A DNA stretch of 31,789 bases. Origin: Chthoniobacteraceae bacterium (GTDB lineage Bacteria > Verrucomicrobiota > Verrucomicrobiia > Chthoniobacterales > Chthoniobacteraceae). The DNA lies in contig JANNWY010000152.1 of the NCBI GenBank assembly GCA_031409335.1, positions 1 to 31,789 of the forward strand, read 5' to 3'. Shown in pieces: positions 14,091 to 21,327 of this stretch (the stretch's first letter is position 1; each line of letters begins with the position of its first letter). The notes beneath the pieces were generated by a model, which made no database searches, was not told the DNA's origin, and worked only from the letters and a program-made list of their open reading frames with translations. The position numbers were made by a program, and so were the translations under genes.

Positions 14091-16949
14091 ATGCGTCTCC
14101 AGATTTCGCTAATCCTCATCGCATCGACCATCGCGTTCGCGCGCGCCGATTCCGCGGGCGACGAGTTTTTTGAGAAACGCGTGCGCCCGCTTTTTATCGA
14201 GCACTGCGCAAAGTGCCACAGCGCCGACGCCGAGAAAATCAAAGGCGGGCTGCGGCTGGATTCCCGCGAAGCGATTTTGAAAGGCGGCGATACCGGCGCG
14301 GCGCTCACGCCGGGCGAGCCCGAGAAAAGCCTGCTCATCCAGGCGGTGCGCTACGCCGACAAGGATCTCAAAATGCCGCCGCCCAAAGACGGCGTGGATC
14401 GCAAACTCTCCGACGCACAGATCGCCGATCTCGCCGCGTGGGTGAAAATGGGCGCGCCGATTCCGCAGGCATTCGTCAGCGCGACCGACCCCGCAAAGCA
14501 CTGGGCATTTCAGCAAATCGACAAGTCGCACGCGAACGCGAGCATCGACGCGCTCCTTTTCGCAAAAGCCCCGTCCCCGTCCCCGTCCCCACCGCCCGCC
14601 GACGCGCGCACGCTCATCCGCCGCATGACGTACGATCTCACCGGCCTCCCACCAACTCCCGAGGAAGCCAACGCGTTCGCCGCCGAATCAATCCGCAATC
14701 CGCAATCCGCAATCCGCAATCTCCTCACCCGCCTGCTCGCCGCGCCCGCCTACGGCGAAAAGTGGGGCCGCAAATGGCTCGACGTCGTGCGTTACGCGGA
14801 CAGCGCGGGCGATAACTCCGACTACCCATCGCCGCTCGCGTGGCGCTATCGCAACTACGTCATCGACGCCTTCAATCGCGACATGCCATACGATCAATTC
14901 GTGCGCGAGCAACTCGCGGGCGATCTCCTCGCCGCCGCGCAGCCGCGCGAACGCTACGCCGAGTGCGTCACCGCCACCGGCTACCTCGCCATCGCGCGGC
15001 GCTTCGGCGGGAACAAGGATGATCGCGACTTTTACCTCACCATCGAGGACACCATCGACACGCTCGGCAAATCCGTGCTCGGTCTCACCATCGGCTGCGC
15101 GCGCTGCCACAATCACAAATACGACCCGATCACCTCGCGCGATTACTACGGCCTCTACGGCATCTTCGCGTCCACGCGCTACAGCTTTCCCGGCAATGAG
15201 GAAGCGCAGCGCCCGCGCGATCTCATGCCGCTCGTCCCGCGCGCTGAGGCTGATGCCGGGCTGAAACCGTGGGAGACGGAGCTGGCAAAACTCGATGGCG
15301 AGGTGAAGCGCATCGACGAAGAACTCGCGGCGAAAAGAAAATCCTTCGCCGCATCCGCACCGGTCGCACTCACGAGCGGCGATGTGGCGAGCGGAGGCGC
15401 GCAGGATTTCTCTATCGCCGCCACGCCCGTGCGGATGAAAGCGGGCGAAATGCTCCAACTCACCGTCCTTCCAAAAACGAATCACGGCGCGGACTCCACG
15501 CAGCTCGAACTCGAAATCACCGACGCCAACGGGCGCACGTGGTCGCTATCGCGTGAGATCGTCGCGCATTTTACCGAAGACAAAATCGGCCCGTGGAGCC
15601 TGCTCGATGTCACGCCCGGCCCGGCGCTGCTCTGGCGGCTGGCGCGCGATGTCGTGAGCACACCCGGCCTGCATCACCGAAAGGCCAGCGCGGATTTTCC
15701 GGTCATCACCGCGAACACCAACGCGACCCCGATCAAAATCCTCAACGCCGTGTTCGCACCGCGTTCGCTCGTCGTGCATCCCGCGCCCGCGGGCGGTGTC
15801 GCGGTCGCGTGGGAATGTCCCGCCGATGGCGCGTTCGTGGTGAAAGGGCGCGTCGTCGATATCGATCCCGGCGGTGGCGACGGCGTCGCGTGGACGCTCG
15901 ATCAACGTCCCGGCATCGCCGCCGCGCTCGGCGAAACGCTCGCGCTCGCCCGCGCGTTCGACGCCGCGATGACGCAGCGCAACGACTTCGCCGCGAAGAA
16001 GCCCGCCTTTGCCGTGGCCTACGCCGTCGCCGAAGGAAAACCGGCGAACGCCCGCATTCAAAAACGCGGCGAACCGAAGGAACCCGGCGACGAAGTGCCA
16101 CGCAAAAATCTCGACCTGCTCGGTGGCCAGCAAATCCCGCCCGACACCGGCAGCGGTCGCGCGCAGCTCGCCGAATGGCTCACCGATCCGCAGAATCCGC
16201 TCACCGCGCGCGTGATGGTGAACCGCATCTGGCTCGGTCATTTCGGGCGCGGCATCGTCGCGACACCAAATGATTTCGGCACCCGCGGAGCGCCGCCCAC
16301 GCACCCCGAATTGCTCGATTTCCTCGCCACGAAATTCATCGAAAGCGGCTGGAGCGTGAAAGCGATGCACCGCCTCATCATGCTCAGCGCCGCGTATCAG
16401 CGGAGCGACTTTCCCGTCCGCCGACTCGATGCGGAGGAGTTGCGCGACACGATCCTCGCGCTCGCCGGCGAACTCGACCGCGAGCCCGGCGCAGGTCATC
16501 CGTTTCCCGAGGAAAAAACCTGGACCTTCACGCAACACAATCCGTTCAAGGCCGTGTACGATTCGCGGAAACGCAGCGTCTATCTCATGACGCAGCGCAT
16601 CCAGCGTCACCCGTTTCTCACCCTCTTCGACGGAGCCGACACAAACGCCAGCACACCCGCGCGCGCCGCGAGCACCGTCCCCACGCAAGCCCTCTGGTTT
16701 CTCAACAACCCATTCGTCCACGCCCGCGCCGAGGCTTTTGCAAAACGCCTCCTCGCCCAGCCCGACGACACACAGCGCCTCGCGCTCGCCTACCGCCTCA
16801 CCCTCCAGCGCACCCCGACCGACGCCGAGTCGCAATCCGCCAGCGGCTTTCTCGCCGCCTATCGCAGCGAATCCGCCAGCGATCTCACCGCATGGAGCGC
16901 CTATTCCCGCGTGCTCCTCAGCCGAAACGAACTCCTCCACATCGACTGA
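14091..16949 (+). CDS. Planctomycete-type cytochrome c / DUF1549 / DUF1553 (PSD1) protein, copy 2, with extra central domain
   Basis: Start MRLQISL. CAKCH and CARCH heme motifs, same conserved blocks as copy 1, plus a roughly 190-aa longer central region. Confidence 0.95.
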   Translation: MRLQISLILIASTIAFARADSAGDEFFEKRVRPLFIEHCAKCHSADAEKIKGGLRLDSREAILKGGDTGAALTPGEPEKSLLIQAVRYADKDLKMPPPKDGVDRKLSDAQIADLAAWVKMGAPIPQAFVSATDPAKHWAFQQIDKSHANASIDALLFAKAPSPSPSPPPADARTLIRRMTYDLTGLPPTPEEANAFAAESIRNPQSAIRNLLTRLLAAPAYGEKWGRKWLDVVRYADSAGDNSDYPSPLAWRYRNYVIDAFNRDMPYDQFVREQLAGDLLAAAQPRERYAECVTATGYLAIARRFGGNKDDRDFYLTIEDTIDTLGKSVLGLTIGCARCHNHKYDPITSRDYYGLYGIFASTRYSFPGNEEAQRPRDLMPLVPRAEADAGLKPWETELAKLDGEVKRIDEELAAKRKSFAASAPVALTSGDVASGGAQDFSIAATPVRMKAGEMLQLTVLPKTNHGADSTQLELEITDANGRTWSLSREIVAHFTEDKIGPWSLLDVTPGPALLWRLARDVVSTPGLHHRKASADFPVITANTNATPIKILNAVFAPRSLVVHPAPAGGVAVAWECPADGAFVVKGRVVDIDPGGGDGVAWTLDQRPGIAAALGETLALARAFDAAMTQRNDFAAKKPAFAVAYAVAEGKPANARIQKRGEPKEPGDEVPRKNLDLLGGQQIPPDTGSGRAQLAEWLTDPQNPLTARVMVNRIWLGHFGRGIVATPNDFGTRGAPPTHPELLDFLATKFIESGWSVKAMHRLIMLSAAYQRSDFPVRRLDAEELRDTILALAGELDREPGAGHPFPEEKTWTFTQHNPFKAVYDSRKRSVYLMTQRIQRHPFLTLFDGADTNASTPARAASTVPTQALWFLNNPFVHARAEAFAKRLLAQPDDTQRLALAYRLTLQRTPTDAESQSASGFLAAYRSESASDLTAWSAYSRVLLSRNELLHID
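14689..14721 (+). repeat. Intragenic heptamer tandem repeat (CAATCCG)4+CAATC
   Basis: Read directly from the sequence. Encodes SIRNPQSAIRNL and is absent from the equivalent position of the paralog. Confidence 0.95.
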
Positions 16950-18341
16950 ATGAATCCCACTTTTTCCCGCCGCGATTTCGTCCGCTCCTTCGTCGCGAGT
17001 TCGCTGCTCATGCCGGGCATCGTCGCGGAATTGTTCGCGGAAAGCGGCGATCCGCTCGCGCCAAAACAGCCGCATTTTTCCCCGAAGGCGAAGCGCGTCA
17101 TCTTCCTGTTTTCGAGCGGTGGCGTGTCGCATGTCGATTCCTACGATCCAAAGCCGCGCCTCATCGCGGACCACGGAAAACAAATCCAGGCCGATCATCC
17201 CGAAATCCAAAACCGGCCCGGCTACGAAAAGATTTTCATCAAGCGCCCGCAGTGGGATTTTTCGCCGCACGGCCAGTGCGGCACCGAAGTCAGCAGCATG
17301 TTCCCGCACATCGCCGGATGCGTCGATGACATCGCGCTCATTCGCTCGATGCACACGTCGCATTCGAATCACTACAACGCCACGCTCGGCATGCACACCG
17401 GCTCGTTCGCCTTCGCGCGGCCCAGCATCGGCGCGTGGACGAGCTACGGACTCGGCACCGAAAATCGCAACCTGCCATCCTTCATCACCATCGCGCCGTT
17501 CATGCCCTACGCAGGCTCGCAAGTCTGGGCGTCGGACTTCCTGCCCGCCGCGCATCAAGGCACGCTCGTCGTGCCCGGCGCGGAACCCGTCGCGGATGTG
17601 CAGCGGCGCGCCGCGACCACACGCGTTCAAGAAATCGAACTCGCCGCCCTACGCGACCTCGACGCCAGCCATCTCGCCGCGCACGCAAACGACCCCGCGC
17701 TCGCCGCGCGGATGCGTTCGTTCGAGACCGCGTTCGGAATGCAAATGGCCGTGCCGGATGCGTTCGATCTCTCACGCGAAAGTGACGCCACGCTCGCGCT
17801 CTACGGCCTCGCGCGCGGCCAGAACACAGGCTTTGGCTGGCAATGCCTCGCCGCCCGCCGGCTCGCCGAACGCGGCGTGCGTTTCATCGAACTCATCGAC
17901 ACCGGCTCATCGGGAAACTGGGATTCGCACGGCGACATGATGGAGCACGCGCGCCTCGCCAAGAACATCGACCAGCCCATCGCCGGCCTCCTGCGCGACC
18001 TGAAACAACGCGGCATGCTCGACGACACGCTCGTCGTCTGGACCACCGAATTCGGCCGCACGCCCTTCAACAACACCGCCGACGCCAAAGGCCGCGAGCA
18101 CCATTCCTGGGCCTTCTCATCCTGGCTCGCCGGAGCCGGAGTGAAGCCCGGCATCGTCCACGGCGAGACCGACGAACACGGCATGAAGCCCATCCGCGAC
18201 GGAGTCCACGTCCACGATTTCCACGCCACAATCCTGCACCTCATGGGCCTCGACCACGAGCGCCTCACCCACCGCCACAGCGGCCGCGACTACCGCCTCA
18301 CGGATGTCGCGGGGAAAATCGTGAAGGGTGTTTTGGCGTAG
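16950..18341 (+). CDS. DUF1501 family protein (Tat-exported, sulfatase-like), copy 2
   Basis: SRRDFV twin-arginine motif, GGVSHVD, WDSH, EFGRTP; colinear with copy 1. Confidence 0.95.
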   Translation: MNPTFSRRDFVRSFVASSLLMPGIVAELFAESGDPLAPKQPHFSPKAKRVIFLFSSGGVSHVDSYDPKPRLIADHGKQIQADHPEIQNRPGYEKIFIKRPQWDFSPHGQCGTEVSSMFPHIAGCVDDIALIRSMHTSHSNHYNATLGMHTGSFAFARPSIGAWTSYGLGTENRNLPSFITIAPFMPYAGSQVWASDFLPAAHQGTLVVPGAEPVADVQRRAATTRVQEIELAALRDLDASHLAAHANDPALAARMRSFETAFGMQMAVPDAFDLSRESDATLALYGLARGQNTGFGWQCLAARRLAERGVRFIELIDTGSSGNWDSHGDMMEHARLAKNIDQPIAGLLRDLKQRGMLDDTLVVWTTEFGRTPFNNTADAKGREHHSWAFSSWLAGAGVKPGIVHGETDEHGMKPIRDGVHVHDFHATILHLMGLDHERLTHRHSGRDYRLTDVAGKIVKGVLA

Positions 18342-18417
18342 AAGCGTTCAGATCGTTTTTCCGAGTGTCGTCTCGAAAATCCGATCCCCCGCCGACTGGG
18401 CTCAGTCACAATCGATC

Positions 18418-19758
18418 ATGACGAAGCAACCGGGTGATCTTTGGCCGCTGTCCGCTTTGATCCTCGCGGGTCATGCCGTGATTGCGCTTTTGTGGTGGTG
18501 GGCAATGCCGGGCGGTTTCCCAGTGGCGCATCCACGATTTTGGATCAATGGCGTGCTGCCGTGGTTGCTTGTCGCGCTGGCGGTCGTCCACTTTTTTCCC
18601 GGAAGATTTCCGCGCGAGACGCTGAGACTTGCGACCATGACTGCGTTGGCGTTCCTCTGGATCGCGGCGGCGATTTCCGCGCGACTTACTTTTCCGATCG
18701 CGTTTCGGTTTCTGTGGATCGGACCGCTTCTCGCGGGAATGGCGATTGGGACCGTGGGAATTGCGGAATCCAAGCGTATCCCGACATCGCGATCGCTGGC
18801 CGTCGCCATAGCCGTCTTAATAGCCTCCGCGTGTGGCGTGGTTGTGCCAATTGCGCAGCGCACCAGCTTTCCAGATACACGTCCGGCGAATAGCGAAATT
18901 CGCGATCGGAAGCTCGGCGCGGTTCCAGAGTTGGCGACTACGACTTTCATCCTGAGTGACAGCGTTCAGGTCATTGCCAGGGAAGGCATCGTGATCCAGA
19001 AATCCGGCGCGCGGATGATTTCCGTCGAGCCGATGCTGACCTTTCAAAGCCGGTCACCCGATCGTTGCTGGACGTTATTTGCCGTGGGAAGGGCCCGGCG
19101 TGGACCCGAAAGACAGATCAATGGGTTCGAGCAGCTCGGCGCGCAGGTCGCAATTTCATATCGCGATGATGATCTCACGACGCTCGATGTGGATGCGTCC
19201 GCCGCTTCCCGTGTCACGCGCATCGAATCCATTTCGCGTTTGCCGATGCCCGTCTGGTCGCACCTCAATTCCTTTGCCCAACTCGTCGTCACCGCCGGGG
19301 GCGCGCTGTCCGTCTCGTTTTCACCGTGTCCCGATGCCCGCATTGAGATTCGCGATATGGACTATCCATTTGGTCGCCCGGCGCGCTTCGCCTTTCTCGA
19401 TGCCGGAAATGTCTTTCGTGTGGTGGAAGCGCGCAGTGCGGAGAAAGGGCCATTTCGCGAACTCGCCTCCGGTCCCATCCGAAACGACGCTCCATTGGAA
19501 ATGATTTTTTTCGATGATGCCATTCCGGTGTTCCGAGTGACCCTGGCCGATTGGGCGGCACAGACTGGCCGGCAAATTTCCCCCACCGCGGGCTGGCTCA
19601 TCCCGGTGAACGCGATCGAGTTTTCACTACTCGCAGAATCCACTGCTCAGGTTTTCGTCACGCTCGCCGCCACAAGCGTAGGGCGTGGCTTTGAAAGTGT
19701 CGGCCATGCCGCTGGCGTATATCGAAACCGGATGTCGATAGAATCACTCGCGGACTGA
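18418..19758 (+). CDS. Hypothetical membrane protein (about 5 N-terminal TM helices, soluble beta-rich C-terminal domain)
   Basis: Long ORF, start taken at MTKQPG. Hydrophobic helices in the first ~150 aa. No family recognised. Confidence 0.8.
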   Translation: MTKQPGDLWPLSALILAGHAVIALLWWWAMPGGFPVAHPRFWINGVLPWLLVALAVVHFFPGRFPRETLRLATMTALAFLWIAAAISARLTFPIAFRFLWIGPLLAGMAIGTVGIAESKRIPTSRSLAVAIAVLIASACGVVVPIAQRTSFPDTRPANSEIRDRKLGAVPELATTTFILSDSVQVIAREGIVIQKSGARMISVEPMLTFQSRSPDRCWTLFAVGRARRGPERQINGFEQLGAQVAISYRDDDLTTLDVDASAASRVTRIESISRLPMPVWSHLNSFAQLVVTAGGALSVSFSPCPDARIEIRDMDYPFGRPARFAFLDAGNVFRVVEARSAEKGPFRELASGPIRNDAPLEMIFFDDAIPVFRVTLADWAAQTGRQISPTAGWLIPVNAIEFSLLAESTAQVFVTLAATSVGRGFESVGHAAGVYRNRMSIESLAD

Positions 19759-19765
19759 TTTCGAC

Positions 19766-19784
19766 AGCGCGGGAATCCCGCGCT
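19766..19784. terminator. GC-rich hairpin between convergent genes (possible bidirectional terminator)
   Basis: AGCGCGGGA-A-TCCCGCGCT perfect inverted repeat between the stops at 19758 and 19784. No clear U-tract. Confidence 0.45.
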
Positions 19785-20119
19785 CAATCCCAGCTTTCCA
19801 CGATCCGCTGGAGGTCCTTCACGGCGGCCTCGATTCGTTTCAAATCGCGACGCCGGCCCTTTTCCGGTTTCACTTCGACTTCGCGGAGGATCAGCAGCAG
19901 ATCGCGCAGATTTTTTACCCGATCTGCTGGCACTTTTTTCTGCGCACCGATGTGCGCCACCGCTTCGCGGACCAAATTTAACTCGCCGTCAATCCGCGCC
20001 AGGTAATGCGTCATCGTGTCGTGCAGCGCCTTCCGCACAAAGACAAGCTCCTCGAGCGTCGGCTTCACGGGCAGGTCGTCCGGGCTCAAATGGGTGGCGG
20101 CTTTCTTCGGTTTTTTCAC
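19784..20119 (-). CDS. Hypothetical helical protein
   Basis: 111 aa, amphipathic helices, KPEKGRRRDLKRIE motif; fills the gap without conflict. Confidence 0.78.
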   Translation of the reverse strand: MKKPKKAATHLSPDDLPVKPTLEELVFVRKALHDTMTHYLARIDGELNLVREAVAHIGAQKKVPADRVKNLRDLLLILREVEVKPEKGRRRDLKRIEAAVKDLQRIVESWD

Positions 20120-20235
20120 GGCGTTGCTTTGCTAATACGTCACACGCCACCCGGAAAGCGGTCAATCCACCGAATGTTACGTTTCCGTCACGCGCCGAGG
20201 AATTGAGCGCGCCAAATCCGCCCGCGGCGCGCCAC

Positions 20236-20424
20236 TCAGCCGAGACAATGTTTCACAGCCCGCACCGTCACTCGATCGCGTCCGTATTTCTGATACGCCG
20301 CCTTCAAGATTTCGTTCACCGAGGGCGGACGTTGTTTTTTCGAGATTTCCTTCCGCGGGGAGGACGAAGACCAGGAGTTCGCAGTCATGAGAGTGAACAA
20401 ATAGTAGCAATGCGTATGCCTCAT
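20236..20424 (-). CDS. Small basic hypothetical protein (start 20424 or 20388)
   Basis: C-terminal half SVNEILKAAYQKYGRDRVTVRAVKHCLG looks protein-like. TAACAT lies 7 nt before ATG 20424. Confidence 0.45.
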   Translation of the reverse strand: MRHTHCYYLFTLMTANSWSSSSPRKEISKKQRPPSVNEILKAAYQKYGRDRVTVRAVKHCLG

Positions 20425-20511
20425 GGCGGGAATGTTAAAGCGAAGTGAAATCATCAAACTTCGCGTCACGCTGCTTTGACATCAGCCGCGCGCGCGGCCC
20501 TTACTTTCCGG

Positions 20512-21327
20512 ATGAAGCTATACCGCACGGGCTGGATTTCCGATGTGCATCTCGGCACGCGCGGCAGCCGCGCCGAGGCGCTCCTTCATTTCCTCCGCGA
20601 CCGCGAATTTGAAACGCTCTATGTCGTCGGCGATCTCATCGACATCTGGTCGCTTCGCCGCGGCATCTACTGGCCGCAGGCGCACAACGACGTGATCCAG
20701 AAACTCCTCCGCGCCGGGCGAAAAGGGACGCGCGTCATCTACATCCCGGGCAATCACGACGAATTCGTCTCCGGCTTTCTCGGCCACTTCGGCGCGGTCG
20801 AAATCGTCCCGCGCGCCATCCACACGACCGTGGACGGACGCCGCCTCCTCGTCCTGCACGGCCACGAACTCGACGCCGTCGTGCAAAACGTAAAGTGGCT
20901 CGCCTTCATCGGCGACATCGGCTACCAACTTCTCCTCCGGTTAAACACACCCGTCCACTACCTGCGCCGGCTCTTCGGCCTCGGCCACTGGTCGCTCAGC
21001 GCGGCGGTGAAAAAGAGCGTGAAGGAAGCCGTCAGTTTCATCGGCGCATTCGAGCAGGGCATCGTGCGTCTCGCAAAGGAGGATCGCGTCGAAGGCGTCG
21101 TCTGCGGCCACATCCATTCGCCCGCCATCCGCACGATCGACGACACGGCCTACTACAATTGCGGCGACTGGGTCGAGAGCACCTCGGCGCTCGTCGAGGA
21201 CTTCGAGGGAAAGCTCGAACTCATCACCAATTTCGAAAGCACCATCCCGCCATCCGAGCTGCTCGCGCCCATCGAGCCGGACGACGCGCCCGCGTCCACC
21301 GTCACGCCGATCACTCCACGGCCATGA
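20512..21327 (+). CDS. UDP-2,3-diacylglucosamine diphosphatase-like (LpxH/YbbF family) metallophosphoesterase
   Basis: Calcineurin-like motifs ISDVHLG, VGDLID, PGNHD, LHGH, CGHIH, NCGDWVES. Start MKLYRT. Confidence 0.92.
   Translation: MKLYRTGWISDVHLGTRGSRAEALLHFLRDREFETLYVVGDLIDIWSLRRGIYWPQAHNDVIQKLLRAGRKGTRVIYIPGNHDEFVSGFLGHFGAVEIVPRAIHTTVDGRRLLVLHGHELDAVVQNVKWLAFIGDIGYQLLLRLNTPVHYLRRLFGLGHWSLSAAVKKSVKEAVSFIGAFEQGIVRLAKEDRVEGVVCGHIHSPAIRTIDDTAYYNCGDWVESTSALVEDFEGKLELITNFESTIPPSELLAPIEPDDAPASTVTPITPRP

Noticed and set aside
10372..17630. Long minus-strand ORFs (673, 694 aa and others)
   Set aside because: Antisense shadows typical of high-GC3 genes; no motifs.
20476..20507. Sigma70 promoter TTGACA...TACTTT before the phosphoesterase
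   Set aside because: The spacer is 20 nt, too long to call with confidence.
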